From contig OX597829.1 in assembly GCA_951406725.2 (NCBI GenBank), positions 1,302,001 through 1,366,000 of the forward strand: 64,000 nt of DNA, given 5' to 3'. The notes under the pieces are model-generated. The model ran no database searches, had not been told where the DNA came from, and saw only the letters and a program-made list of their open reading frames with translations. Made by a program: the position numbers and the translations under genes. Positions 33,218 through 46,953 of the stretch are shown piece after piece. Every line of letters starts with the position of its first letter. Position 1 is the first letter of the stretch. The stretch is from Octopus vulgaris (lineage: Eukaryota).

Positions 33218-33262
33218 CTCCACACACAGGTTTCGGGGTATTTGCCCTTTATCAATGTGGAG
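33218..33262 (-). ncRNA. Decayed type I hammerhead
   Basis: ctccaca-TTGATAA-aggg caaata cccc-GAAA-cctgtg...tgtggag. Stem II resembles the HHR at 62211. Confidence 0.45.
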
Positions 33263-33922
33263 TAGCAGAATCCAGCAGGCGTCGCTGTTAGCTGTCTGTC
33301 CGGTTTATTTATATATATTCAGTGGAACACACACAATATATATATATATATATATATATGACTATAGATACACACATGCATACATAGACACATATACATA
33401 TATATACATATATACATATATGTATATGTATACATATATATATGCTTACATATACATACATAAGCCCTGACATACATATAAATACCCATATACTTGCATA
33501 TACATTCAGATAAATATATATGAAAAATAATACTTTTTGAAATAAAAGTAAAATAAAAATAAGAATGAAAATAAAGAAAAATGAATTTATAATTATAATT
33601 ATAATTTTTACAAATTTAAAACCTGATAACTTTTTTAAATAATTATAGCTAATATAGAATCATAATATAGTATAATGGAATTTAAATAAATGTTATTTTT
33701 AAAATAACATTTACTCAGAATATACTTTTAAATAAATATTTCTTTAGTGTCATATTACTTACTAAAATATTGATAATAAGTAAAGGATTCCACTCGAATT
33801 AACAAATAATAATAGAATCCATTCATATACATAGACATATATAATATACTTATATATATATGCACACACACATACACATATATGTACATATATTTGCATA
33901 TACATACATACATACATACGCG

Positions 33923-33996
<74 letters not shown>

Positions 33997-34063
33997 ATAT
34001 GTTTGTGTGCTTGTTTATGTATGTATGTACGCCTGCGTGTATATATTTATATATATATATATA

Positions 34064-34117
<54 letters not shown>

Positions 34118-34354
34118 CATAAGGGACTAAAGCCATCTGAATATGGCTAGGGACAGGGCAGGGTGGTGGGGGTGTTACTGTTGCATTTAGCCCCAGGCGA
34201 ACATCGACGTCACCAGAAAGGCTCGACACCGTCACGGTGTCCTTATCCTGCAAAGGGAGGTAATTCCCCGATGAAGCGGAAACCACACACGGACCATGGT
34301 TTCAAGGTGTATTGCCTATCGTCGGCAGAATTCGTCGAGGAAGCGGAAGCCTAC

Positions 34355-34400
34355 CACACGCCGACGATAGGCAATACACCTTGAAACCATGGTCCGTGTG
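34355..34400 (+). ncRNA. Type I hammerhead ribozyme, copy 1
   Basis: cacacg-CCGACGA-t agg caataca cct t-GAAA-ccatgg-TC^cgtgtg. Predicted cut after 34394. Confidence 0.8.
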
Positions 34401-34714
34401 TGGTTTCCGCTTCATCGGGGAATTACCTCCCTTTGCAGGATAAGGACACCGTGACGGTGTCGAGCCTTTCTGGTGACGTCGATGTTCGCCTGGGGCTAAA
34501 TGCAACAGTAACACCCCCACCACCCTGCCCTGTCCCTAGCCATATTCAGATGGCTTTAGTCCCTTATGTTATCGAGCAGTTACTGTCTATATCTCTTTTA
34601 GAGAATTATTATTGCTTTCGAACAGATTTTCGAAATCAGCAAATGTATTTTGCTTGAAAATCTATATATGAATATCCTGCAGAGTGAGAATTCGTCGAGG
34701 AAGCGGAAGCCTAC

Positions 34715-34760
34715 CACACGCCGACGATAGGCAATACACCTTGAAACCATGGTCCGTGTG
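34715..34760 (+). ncRNA. Type I hammerhead ribozyme, copy 2
   Basis: Identical to copy 1. Predicted cut after 34754. Confidence 0.8.
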
Positions 34761-34974
34761 TGGTTTCCGCTTCATCGGGGAATTACCTCCCTTTGCAGGA
34801 TAAGGACACCGTGACGGTGTCGAGCCTTTCTGGTGACGTCGATGTTCGCCTGGGGCTAAATGCAACAGTAACACCCCCACCACCCTGCCCTGTCCCTAGC
34901 CATATTCAGATGGCTTTAGTCCCTTATGTTATCGAGCAGTTACTGTCTATATCTCTTTTAGAGAATTATTATTG

Positions 34975-35011
<37 letters not shown>

Positions 35012-35639
35012 AATATGAGTGTGTACGTCCGCCTGCATGTACGCATGAAAGTATACGATGAAGCTGAGGAGGCAGCATATAGAAAACGCAGACTGTAAAC
35101 AATGGAAAACGAAAAACGAAACGAAAGAGTCAGAAGGTGGAAAGTGCTATTCTCCTTAGGCCTTAAATGATAAGGCTGGAAAGATAGCAAGTTAGTCGGG
35201 AATAGGCAGAATTTTCTAGTTCTTCAGATTATATTTATACATATACGTGCAATCACTGAAAATCTCTGACCTGGATTTCAAAAGGGAGTTAATGATCTTA
35301 GATTTGAACAGGATCTGCGCTCTTTCAGCCAAACAAATCTACATTTATTCGATCCACAATAACATGCCAATAGTGGTTTCTAAGATAAATCAATATACTA
35401 ACCCCCTATTAATCAAAATATTAATAATATGATTTATAGACACGGAAATACCCTCCTATTGTTAACTTTTTAGCCCCCTTTGAGTCTGACCTCCTTAATT
35501 TAGTTACTAATAGTAGATTTCGAAAATCTCATATCTCCTTTCAGTGTAAAGTGAAATCTGAGATTAAATATTTCAGAAATTTAATAGATTATAAAAATAC
35601 TGTGGGCTCTTGAAATCCAGATTGTTGCAGTAACTAGTT

Positions 35640-37890
35640 CTGAAGCGCGATGACAGTATCGGGAACTTTGGCACTGTGCAGTAGCGACCCGTTATAGCAT
35701 TCACGTAGCTTTCAATACCAAATCTTGCAAATGTCTATTACTGCATATCCCACCCGTCTTCGCTCCATTGCTCCATGGAGTAGAGTCTTAACTGATTCAA
35801 CCTCCCCCAGTAGCTGAGCTGTTGCAATGAAACGATCTTCTTTGTGTAGCCTCGCTGGATTGCTTCAAGGCCCGCTGTTAATTTTACGTTGTTGGGTGCC
35901 AATAGTTTGAGAGAGTAGTCCAGGGGGCCGAGGACGAATGTTCTCCAGAGGACCATCATGGTTTCCTTCTCTCTGGTTCTGAAGGTTCTCAAGATCCAGC
36001 CAGCCAGCCAGCCCTCTGCACTTTGCCGTCTTCTTGGTAATGGGAACTTGGGAAGATGTATCATCACTCTTATCGGTACCCAGGTCACACACTGATTTTG
36101 GTTCTGGGTCAGTGTACTCTGTAAGCTTTTCGTTCAATTTTGGGTTCTGGCAGCACAGGGCGTTGAATTTTCTAGCATTAAGCTGTATATTATTCTCATC
36201 AGTACATCTGTAACTTGCCTCCAACTCCTGCTGCAGGCGTGCAACATCGCCAGGGTTTTGTATTTTCTGCGAGACTTTCGTATCGTCGGCGTGGCTAGCA
36301 AGAGTGGCTATCCGGGCAGCTGAAGACATATTTAAGAGGATCACTATGAAAAGCAGTGGTTCCAAGAGAGTGCCCTGTGGGACACCACTCATGATTTGTG
36401 TTTCTTTTGAGGTGGCTCTATTGAGCACCATTACCTGACTTATATATTTAAGAAAGGCATGTAACCACTCACCAAATTTTCCAGCTATGCCATGATCGCG
36501 CAGTTTGTGGCACATCATACCATGATCAACTTTATCAAAAGCTTTTGCAAAGTCAATGTATATTACGTCCATATTTGAGTTGTCAAATAACTGCTTCAAC
36601 TCCCAGTTATAGTACTGTAGGAGCTGTGTTAGGCAGCATAATCGAAAACCTGATCGATAGCCATGCTGGGCATCACTCAGCAAGTTGTTTACTTCAAGGA
36701 ATGTGATTAGTTTCCTCTGAGTATTCGTTCCATGACTTTGCTGATGAGTGAAGTCAGAGTGATAAGCCTATAATTTTTGGCATCTGCTCTGCTTCCTCCT
36801 TTATGGATTGGGCATATTATTCCTTCCTTCAGTTAGCTTGGCAGCTTGTCATTTGCAAGGAAACTCTGGAAGAGAATCTTGAGGGGTTTTGCCAGGGCAC
36901 GTTTGCAGAGCCAGGGCCAGCAGCTGAGTTTGCGGCTGCTTCATCTACGGCTTGTATTATAACTTCTCCAATGTTGATGTAATCTATCGGAACTGCCTCC
37001 CTGGTTATTGGTGAGGCGGCAGATAAATCCACAGTTCGTTCACATGTCTGTGTTCCAGCTGTGTAGTAAAGACACTGGTCATTCAGTACTTCACTGATCT
37101 TCACTGATCTGTAAGGGAGCCATCCTTCTGGAAGAGGGCTCCTATTTTGCAGCGTACTGAGGCCGTTTCTTTTGGCATAATGAAAGAAGACTTTTGGGTT
37201 TGACTTTATGTTTTTATAACCCAGGCTTCTTTGTCTGCTCTCTCCTTCATATGGGATTGTTGCAGGCTTTTTCCTGTCTTCAGTCTTGTTTTTAGGTGGA
37301 CTTGTCACTACTTCTGGGATATTGGTTGCAGCGATTTGCAACCTTTATCCGTCGTCCCGTGAGGATCTACCTCTCTCTTGGAATCTCGTTCCTTATTGTG
37401 TTGGCCTTGTGTTCTGGGACATATTTGTAGCATATGACTTGCATAACAAATATGAAATACTCCAGTTCCATGCCGATTTCTGGTGTGGAGAGATATTTCG
37501 GTCAGTTCTGTCTGGGGATCTCTTTTTGGATCGATTTCCAGTCCGCTTTGTAGAAGATCAAACTGAGAGATTTCGGGTGTTTCCTCTAGCTAGTATGTAT
37601 GTGGCTACTTTTGGTCCATACCTAGACAGCTCCATTATGTTGTGATCTGAAACTAATGTCGGAGTCACTTTCACATTATGAACAATGTCCATATTTTTGT
37701 GAAACAGAGATTCAATATGTTAGTTGCCCTCGCTGGTCGGAGCACAATCTGCTCCATGAATAGGACATTTGTGAAGCTGAGCAGGGATTCTACCTGTAAT
37801 CGCGTTTGCAATGAGTCATACCTGAGAGCATGAGGCCCTCGGGCCATTTGATACTGGGGGTGTTGAAATCACTCATAACAGACACACGTG
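35640..37890 (-). mobile_element. Decayed CR1-like LINE ORF2 (APE endonuclease and reverse transcriptase)
   Basis: DFN and SDH endonuclease motifs (~37860, ~37645); NPKVFFHY; RT motifs YIDFAKAFDKVDH, GVPQGT, HADDTK in ORF 35865-36683; frameshifts and stops. Confidence 0.9.
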
Positions 37891-38004
37891 ATGTTCCAGT
37901 TTCATAAGGGTTTCTTTTATTCTTGTGCGGCAATCTTCAAACTTGCCCGTGTGGTTTGAAGCATCCGGTGGGCGATATATATTACATATGACTGTATTGT
38001 GTTG

Positions 38005-38056
<52 letters not shown>

Positions 38057-38057
38057 A

Positions 38058-38090
<33 letters not shown>

Positions 38091-38324
38091 GTCAGCTCCG
38101 GAATGACATGTATGGGTTGTGCACATAGTTTTGAATGCCGGATGGTGTGAATTGTAGGTAAACTGTTAGTCAAGCTGCCTGCCACCATTGTAGTGCTCTA
38201 ATTACGAGGTTCTCGGTGAGAGGTGGTGGGGTTGGAGCATGTTAGAGGTAAGGGGTAAGCTGTGCTAGATTTTGTTATTTTTGTCTTTTTGGTAATAGTG
38301 CCGGTAACGGCAGCAGTAGCAGTG

Positions 38325-38705
38325 GCAGCTGCGGTAGCGGAGGCGGAGGCGGAGGCGGCGGCGGCGGTGGTGTTGGTGGTGGTGTTGGTGGTGGTGGTGG
38401 TGGTGATGATGATGTTGGAGGTGGTGGTGTTGATATTGGTGATGCTGGAGGTTGTGTTGATGGTGGTGGTGGAGGCGGCGGCAGTGTTGGTGGTGGTGGT
38501 TTTGGTGTTGTGGTGATGATGTTGGAGGTGGTGATACTGATATTGGCGATTCTGAGGTTTGTTGGTGGTGATGGTGGCGTCGGCTGCGGCGGCGGTGGTG
38601 ATGATGATGGTGGGTGGAGTGGCGGCGGCGGCGGCGGTGGTGGTGGTGGTTGGCATATTTTTGGTTTGCGATGCGGTGGTGGTGGTGGTGGTGGTGGTTG
38701 GTTGC
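38325..38705. repeat. (GGT/GGC/GAT)n low-complexity tract
   Basis: Direct reading. Confidence 0.85.
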
Positions 38706-39120
38706 GATGCCGTTGAAGGAGATTAACGGTGAAATGGTTCCGGTGAAATCTACTTTGGTGGTCGGTCGCTGAACAAAGAATGAGATTTTAGCTCAGATGT
38801 AATCCTACTGCTTCTCCTCCTCCTCCTCACCCTACTCTTCCTTCTCTTCTTCTTCTTCTTCTTCCTCCCCTTCTTCCTCCTTTTTCCTTGTCTGTTACAA
38901 CAATAACAACGACGAACAATGACACTTTAACGACAACAACAGCAACAACAGAAAAACTCTTTTTATTTTTACAATAATTTCTGTTTATTTTCTTTTTCTG
39001 CTGTTTTCTTCCTCTTCTTGTGGTTCTGTCTCTATCTTATAATACTCAACTGAGTTGTTGTTCTCTTCAAATGTGTGTGTGTGTGTGTGTGTGTGCGTGT
39101 GTGTGTGTGTGTGTGAATGT

Positions 39121-39411
39121 AGGGCTATGGGCTAAGAAGCTTGCTTCACAAACACGTGGCTCCAGGCTCAGTACCACTGCGTGGCTCTTTTACGTAAGTG
39201 TCTTCTACTATAGCCTCGGGCTGACCAAAGCCTTGTGAATGGATTTGGTAGACGGAAACAAGAAGAAGCCCGTCGGATATATGTGTATGTTTATGCACGC
39301 GCGCGTGTGTGTCTTTGTGTCTCTGTTTGTCCCTCACCGTCGCTTGACAACCGTTGTTGGTGGGTTTACGTCTGCATAACTTAACAGTTCGGTCAAAAGA
39401 GGCCGATAACA
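39121..39411 (+). mobile_element. SINE family A (partial)
   Basis: Family A body. Confidence 0.7.
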
Positions 39412-39605
39412 AGGAAAAGATAAAAGATATATATATATTTTTTTGTTCTCTGCCTATTTTTAATACTTCCTTCTTCCAACCAATTTTGACGTCATTGCTA
39501 ATAACGGATAATTTTTTAAAAAAACCACTCATTATCACTGTGGACCCAATGCAGGCAGTCATCAAAAAGTTTTTGTTCGTCTTGAGACTGATAGAGGCTC
39601 CGTGT

Positions 39606-39688
39606 CTTTCCTGAAGAGAAGACGGCATAATGCACACTTTATTCCTTCGGAATTAAGAATATGCAGTCTTCGAAACATGTGTCGAAAG
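39606..39688 (+). ncRNA. Type I hammerhead ribozyme with enlarged stem II
   Basis: ctttc-CTGAAGA-gaagac...gtcttc-GAAA-catgtg-TC^gaaag. Confidence 0.8.
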
Positions 39689-39694
39689 TAAAGG

Positions 39695-39741
<47 letters not shown>

Positions 39742-39762
39742 TGAATTAAATGTGTAGTAGGA

Positions 39763-40180
39763 GGCGTAGGAGTGGCTGTGTGGTAAGAAGTTTGCTTACC
39801 AACCATATGGTTCCGGGTTCAGTCCCACTACGTGGCACCTTGGGAAAGTGTCTTCTACTATAAGCCACGGGCCGACCAAAGTCTTGAGTGGATTTTGTGG
39901 ACGGAAGCTGAAAGAAGCCCGTCGTATATATGTGTATATATATATGTATGTGTGTGTATATGTTTGTGTGCTTGTGTTTGTCCACCACCCCCACCAACAT
40001 CGCTTAATAACCGATGCTGGTGTGTTTACGTCCCCGTAACTAGCAGTTCGGCAAAAGAGACCGATAAAATAAGTACTAGGCTTACAAAGAATAAGTCCTG
40101 GGGTCGATTTGCTCGACTAAAGGCGGTACTCCAGCATGGCCACAGTCAAATGACTGAAACAAGTAAAAGAGTAAAAGAGT
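39763..40180 (+). mobile_element. SINE family A (full length)
   Basis: ggcgtaggagtggctgtgtggtaag head to (gtaaaaga)n tail. Confidence 0.85.
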
Positions 40181-40341
40181 AAATAAACAATCGAACATAT
40201 ACTAAATACACAGACAAACAGAAAATGCAGGTCACCAGTTCTTCATCAGTTATCGGCCAGGAGATCAAACGCAGTTTCGGCCATTATCGATAATATTGCT
40301 TCTACTCCGGAGACACCGACAAGAAACTTGCCGAGATTGGG

Positions 40342-40393
<52 letters not shown>

Positions 40394-40476
40394 CAATTGC
40401 AGCGCGGAAGGTCCTTATAGGCCATTTAAGAACCACACAGAAACCGTTAGATTCACTTCAACATTTAAATTTAATT

Positions 40477-40523
40477 TGTCAAAATATTTTCGTCGCTTTC
40501 AGACCGCGACCTCTTCACTGAGA
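40477..40523 (-). ncRNA. Hammerhead-like motif with variant core
   Basis: tctca-GTGAAGA-g gtcgc...gcgac-GAAA-atat-TT-tgaca. Confidence 0.45.
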
Positions 40524-40696
40524 AAACTTCGTGCTGCATCTGAGAAAGTAACAGTTAGTTCATGATATATATATGTACGTATGTATGTGTGTATGTATGT
40601 ATGTACTCCCGAGTGAACATAAATACATACATATATACAATCATACATACATGCATACATACATACATACATACATATATACATACATACATACAT

Positions 40697-40727
<31 letters not shown>

Positions 40728-40900
40728 TATATATACATACATACATACATACATACATACATACATACATACATACATACATACATACATACATACATAC
40801 ATAACGGGAAGGTTTACGAAAACAACAAAAGACGAAGGCAGGTGGAGTACAAACAAGCAAATGTATTAGTATGGCGCTCAGGAATTGAAATAGAAAAAGT

Positions 40901-40936
40901 CTTTTACGTTTCGAGCCTACGCTCTTCTACAGAAAG
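40901..40936 (-). ncRNA. Minimal hammerhead variant in a pLTR-like fragment (~40805-40990)
   Basis: cttt-CTGTAGA-a-gagc gtag gctc-GAAA-cg-TA-aaag. Confidence 0.6.
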
Positions 40937-40989
40937 GGACACAGAAAAGAAACAAGGAGAGAAAAAAATTGTGTGTAGGAGCTAACGAT

Positions 40990-41525
40990 AACCCGTTAAG
41001 AGTGACAACTGATGCAGACTGTGGAGTTCACACTGAAGATATGATCCACATCATAAGTATTAGTCCGAAAATGTCATCACGGTATTTTCTACCGATGAGA
41101 CATGATGTTGTAACTAGGATAATCCATCGGAAGAATAATCCCGAGGACAAAGAAATAAGAACCTACAATATTGTAGAAGCCATAGCCACGCACAATAAAA
41201 ATGTACCAGTGAAGACCTCAATAAAATGTAAGCACAACAGACCTGATATAATGATTAGAGATAGAGAAGAGAAACTGTGCACAGTAGTGGAAATTAGCTG
41301 CCCAACGGATGTTAGCATAAAGTGAAAAAGAGAATGCCTATGCTGAACTGTTGAGAAATCTGCAGTTACTCTATCCAAACTGCAAGTTAATGTTTATACC
41401 TATGATTATTAGGGTCTAAATACCAATCATGAGAATTTAGGCTTCTCAAATTCGAAGACTACAGATCTAATCCATCAATGACACTGTAAAATTCTGTAAA
41501 ACTTTCCAGAATTTTATTATTTACC
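40990..41525 (+). mobile_element. R4/Dong-like RLE retrotransposon 3' fragment
   Basis: RHDVV and KHNRPDIMIRD...VEISCP motifs. Confidence 0.75.
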
Positions 41526-41572
41526 ATTTAAATATATATGAGCATGTCTAGATATGCAACTATTTGCATCAG

Positions 41573-41920
41573 AATACATACATACATACATACATACATA
41601 CATACATACATACATACATACATACATACACACACATACATGCATACATACATACATACATACATACATACATACATACATACATACATACATACATACA
41701 TACATACATACATACATACATACATACATACATACATACATACATACATACATACATACATACATACATACATACATACATACATAAATACATTCATTCA
41801 TACATGCATGCATACACACATACATACATTCATACATGCATACATACATACATACATACATACATTCATTCATACATACATAAATACATTCATTCATACA
41901 TGCATGCATACATACATACA

Positions 41921-41954
<34 letters not shown>

Positions 41955-41961
41955 CATACAT
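41573..41961. repeat. (CATA)n microsatellite
   Basis: Direct reading. Confidence 0.95.
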
Positions 41962-42479
41962 AGAAAAAGAAATAGATTTCGTATTTACTTCTGGCTGCAC
42001 AGCTACACAAACATAATTGTCTACGGCTGGGACCAGCTGTACCTTCAAAATGATAGTTATATTCAGTAAAAATATAGTAATGTGTAATTAAGCTTAGCAA
42101 TAATGTTCTTTACGTTGCTTAGTTACATTCTTGGAATCCTCCATGATAAAAATAGCCTGTTGGATTTGCATAAATGTTTAATGTATTTTTTTTCTTTCTT
42201 ATTTTCCATCTGTCTTTCACTTCCTTCCTTCTGGCGTTGTCTTCTTCCTCTTCCGATTTTTTTTTCTTTTTCTCTTTTAGGTTTCTGCATTTTTCCTTCT
42301 TCCTCCTGCCTATTCCACTTTATTTTTCTGCATCTTTGTGTCTTCTCTTCTTTCTTTATCATTATCATCTTCAACAACGTTTCCCCCCCCCCCCATCAAT
42401 ATCTATTGCAGTACTAAACGAAGATTAAAGCAACTATTCTCTCCAACGCTTAAAATATGTCGCCTTGTACTCCTGTGAG

Positions 42480-42812
42480 TAAAAATTAGCACAAACATGA
42501 TCATCATCAACCCAGTCCTCGCTGAAAAGGAGTAACTCACGAGACATAACAGACAATTCACAAGCATTCGACTGGAATACTTGTAAATACTACAAGATTA
42601 AATCCCATGTTAAGTGATACAGACACCATCCATAAATGGCAAGGATGTCACCCTCCTTTGGAACTTCCCAATACAAGCAGACAGAAAAATTAATTCCAAT
42701 CGACCAGACATTGTGATCAAGGATTACAACAGAAGAACTTATCTGTTAATAGGTATGTCTGTCTCACAAGATCAAAATGTCTCAAGAATGGAATACGATA
42801 AGTTTTTTCACT
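42480..42812 (+). mobile_element. R4/Dong-like RLE fragment
   Basis: LLWNFPIQADRKINSNRPDIVIKD. Confidence 0.7.
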
Positions 42813-43179
42813 AACATTCTACATTCCCACCAACATTCTACATACATAGATTCACTTTATCTTTAATTATTTAACTATATTTAATTATCAACAATCCATC
42901 TGTTTATTTAAATGGTTAACTTGATTTTAGCTCGAAATGTGAGTCTTCATTCCTTTCTGTTATCCGTCATTTTAGCATCCGTCATTTTATTTTTGCAACT
43001 ATTTATATTTTCATTCGCACAAATGTTTTATTTTACAACCTTTTTTCACTTCACAAAATTTCTTTCTATAAACTTGCAAAACTTAAGCTATAACATTATT
43101 CGATAAGACCTCAAATTCTATAAGTAGGAGGTATTTTAAACTTACTCAAATTTTAAAACTATTTTAATCGACTTTTTGT

Positions 43180-43255
43180 ACCCTTGATGAGGGAAATGCG
43201 AGTACTTCTATTGAGTGGAAAATTCGCCTCCATTCTTCAAAACGATCGTACGGGT
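43180..43255 (+). ncRNA. Decayed type I hammerhead
   Basis: accc-TTGATGA-gggaaatg...cattcttc-AAAA-cgatcg-TA-cgggt. Confidence 0.45.
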
Positions 43256-43555
43256 TTGTACTATTGCTTTTCTTTGGATTGTAATATTGGAACGCTTGAA
43301 ACCTAATGTTTCTATGAACTTTTTATCTATTTCGTATTCCCACGATAAATCAATTTGACCCACGAAAATCTGGCCACAATTTTGATTTATGTTATATTTT
43401 GCTCATATAGCGCACTAATAAGGTGCGCTGTAACAAATGTTTTCCTTTCTTCTTCTTCTTCTTCTTCTTCTTCTTCTTCTTCTTCTTCTTCTTCTTCTTC
43501 TTCTTCTTCTTCTTCTTCTTCTTCTTCTTCTTCTTCTTCTTCTTCTTCTATGCAC

Positions 43556-43600
<45 letters not shown>

Positions 43601-45513
43601 CGTGTATGTATGTAGATATATATATACATATATACCTACAAACTTACATGTATGCATGTATATAGATATTTATGTACATGTACGTATATATGTGTTGTGT
43701 GTGTATGAGTGCGTGTGTGTGCGCGCATGCGCGTGTGTATGTATGTGTGCGTGTGTGTGTGTGTGTGTGTGAATTATCATTTTTCCTAAACTTTCCTATA
43801 TCTGATGACATTATGGGATATCATCTGGAAAGTTCTCGAAATCGCAGGTTTAGTAACTCTTTTATTCTTTCCTTCAACATTATAATTCATTCCCCTAAAA
43901 CGTCCCCTGTTTTCTATCGTAACTACTTCTGATCGAATCTAACCTAAAACCTGCACCCCTACCCCATAACCACCATAGCTATTTCAGACAATATCGCTCC
44001 TGCAGCCGTAACTTTCCGGGTATATTTCTCCTCACACCATACCTCTTTACGCTATATGTCTTTCTTTCTATGTCCCTTCTCACCAGCTTTTCTCTGACCG
44101 AAGTTCTTCCTATCATAAATATTCCACACCATATCTCTTCGACATTATGATCTCCCTCCTCCTCCACTTCCCTCCCTACCATAACAACGTATCCCCAAAT
44201 TCTACCCCCTTCTCTAGACATTTTGTCATAATTGCTACTTTTCCAGTCTTCACTACTTTTGTCTCCATCTTCCAGACAAAATAATAAATATTTTCTGACT
44301 CCCAATATTAGATATGGTCGTATAACTGAAAGGTTCGTTTCAAAATCATGTGTTTTCTCTGGTTCGATCCCATGGCGCAACATCACCTAAACTGTGTGAA
44401 ATAAGTGGGGGGAAAATCTGTACAGACGTCGGTTGTGTAGCTTATACACGTCCTCTTTCGGAGTAGAATTAATCGGTCAACACGTTTACCACAGCTACAT
44501 GGATCTCGGGTAGCTTTAGCGAAATCCACTCCTATGTTGGAAGAGATCAACCCATGACCCCTGTTAAATGATAATTTCGTATCTTAAAGTGTTGCAGCAA
44601 ACCATGGGCCTTTGTTCTTTCCTTCTTCAACCTTAGCTCCAGGTTTAGGGTCGGTTGAAATACAACACAACGTGGGTGTTTTCTATTTATCCTTTTAAAG
44701 GGGCAATGGGAAACAATTAAAAAAAACCCAGGAAGAATGACCTATACCGGCCATTTTACCGCGCACAAAATGGCTTCTAACAATTTAGTCCTTGTATTAG
44801 ACGCATTCATCTGAACAAATTTTGGTCATATCCAATGGAATAGGTTCTATCTGTCCAGCATTCCCAGTCGGAAGAACTAAAATAATATCTAACTGTTTCT
44901 CAACCACGATGTTTGCTTCTCTACAATCAGCCTATTGTGAAGAATATCGATTTTCAAGATTCCAACACACACACACACGCACACGCACACACACACACAC
45001 ACATACACACACATACACACACATGTATGTATGTATGTATGTATGTATGGATGATTGGATGGATGATTGGATGGATGATTGGATGGATGGATGGATGGAT
45101 GGATGGATGGATGGATGGATGTATATAATACAGTATCAATGAATACGAGATTACTACAACTATATGATATTTTTACTATTATTTCTACAGTCAATTATTT
45201 GATTTAAATTTGCCCGACGATCATTTCTGCTGCACAGACACCCAGCGATTGCATATATACCCAGTTACTTTCAACAAGGGTTTAGTCTATACACCTTTAT
45301 TCCAGGTCCATCCACTGAAGTGGATTGAAGCGAACTAAGTGTATGTAATTTTGGTTAGTGATATAATCTTTTTAAAGTTAACTACAGTACTAGAGTCCAA
45401 AATTAGTGAGAGAAAGGTTTGGTAATCTGATATGGCTATAAAGTTTGCTATGATGTTGACCGTCTGCTGACCCTAGGTTTGAATTTCCAGGCGGGAATAG
45501 TATGTCTCAAATC

Positions 45514-45747
45514 AGGCGGTGAGCTGGTAGAATCGTTATCACGCCGGGCGAAATGCTTATCGCTATTTCGTCTACCGCTACGTTCTGAGTTCAAATTCCA
45601 CCGAGATCGACTTTGCCTTTCATTCTTTCGGTGTCGATTAAATAAGTACCAGTTACGCACTGGGGTCGATATAATCTACTCAATCCGTTTGTCTGTCCTT
45701 GTTGGTCCTCTCTGTGTTTAGCCCCTTGTGGGTAGTAAAGAAATAAG
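45514..45747 (+). mobile_element. SINE family B
   Basis: Family B sequence flanked by the direct repeat agtatgtctcaaat (probable TSD). Confidence 0.85.
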
Positions 45748-46953
45748 TATGTCTCAAATAGGTCAGATTATATTTAAAAAGGAAATTAAGCCTGAAATTA
45801 GTGAATTTAGATATTGCGTACAGTTACTGGTCACCACTAAAGTGGATAAAATTAAATTAAGGATATTTAAAAAATCGAATTAACTTTGTGGGCTGAACCT
45901 CCTGAATATTTCTTTTTATAAATCAGGTTTTAATTTAAATGTAATTTCTTCGTCCTACGTGTGTTGCACGAATTTTCATGTATGTCGTTCAACGTATGGA
46001 AAATACTAATTATGGCTTGATATTAACAAACTAAATATTACACTGACAGGCACCATATAAACCTAGGCATCTCCGCGTCTCGCAGTGTTTATAGAGATAT
46101 TTAAATGACATCTTAGTCTTTGTTCCTTCCTACTATTAAACGGTTGATGTTTAGACATGAAAATGTGGAGTATTTCTTCTATGCATAAATTTATCCCGAT
46201 TAAGTAAGGTTTAGTCACCCCTATTATTTTCCATTCTATATTAAAGTCATTAAGGGATCAGATAAACACGCTGAAGCTCATATTACGAATTCTCTTCCAA
46301 TATTTCAATTAAGGTAAGTGATTTGCCAGTCTCGTCTTAAAATTTTCTCGAGTATGATCCAAAATAAATGTGCGACATTCAACTTGCTGTAACCTTGTAC
46401 GTGTACAATACATTCTCCCTTCGACATTGAACGCCTAATGGGCAGGTTTAGTTTCTGCTACAACTACTCAGATTTTTACTGACACTAACGTTGGCTGTGT
46501 TATTTGGCTCAGAACTAGATAACTCCACTGATTCCCTATCTATAGATATGCTAGTGTCAACATTTCGGCTATAGTGTCGAGCTATGTTATTCCTTTGTTT
46601 TTTAAAATTCTATCTAGTGTTTACTGTTTCGGGACCAAATATATTATAAACTGTCGCGGTTGTCTCCCCTTTGGTGTGCATTATACTCTCGTCGTTCATA
46701 TGTACTTTATTCGAAATCTTGGGGGCTATCATTACGAGCATTATTACTTCTATTATTTCTATAATTTACTTTGCTTCGGTCTATTATGCTATGGAATTCA
46801 GATACTCTGGATATTGTTATGTGCCGCTATAATTGGTGCTACGTTTTTTCTGACGATGTGCCTATATATTTCTAGCAATGTAAGTGTTTTCTAACACCCT
46901 GGTCACATTTAGTGATAGCTATAATTCTCCTTTTTGGCGAAACATTGTAAACT

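Larger units (their letters stand above)
34114..34976 (+). mobile_element. ORF-less hammerhead-bearing tandem element (retrozyme/PLE pLTR-like), 360-bp period, with 5' inverted copy
   Basis: 34327-34616 equals 34687-34976. 34114-34326 is the reverse complement of 34360-34572. (TA)n on both flanks. Confidence 0.85.

Noticed and set aside
34360-34510. HDV-like or twister ribozyme fold in the 360-bp unit
   Set aside because: Could not build the required pseudoknots; the hammerhead fold explains the sequence better.
34163-35098. Repeated 73-112 aa ORFs in the 360-bp element
   Set aside because: Non-ATG starts, no recognisable domain; their repetition is explained by the DNA duplication.
38198-38716. 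Thr/Ala-rich mucin-like ORF
   Set aside because: Low-complexity GGT/GGC repeat with no supporting gene structure.
40240-40300. Minus-strand GAAA...CTGATGA (type II hammerhead order)
   Set aside because: Stem pairing unconvincing by eye.
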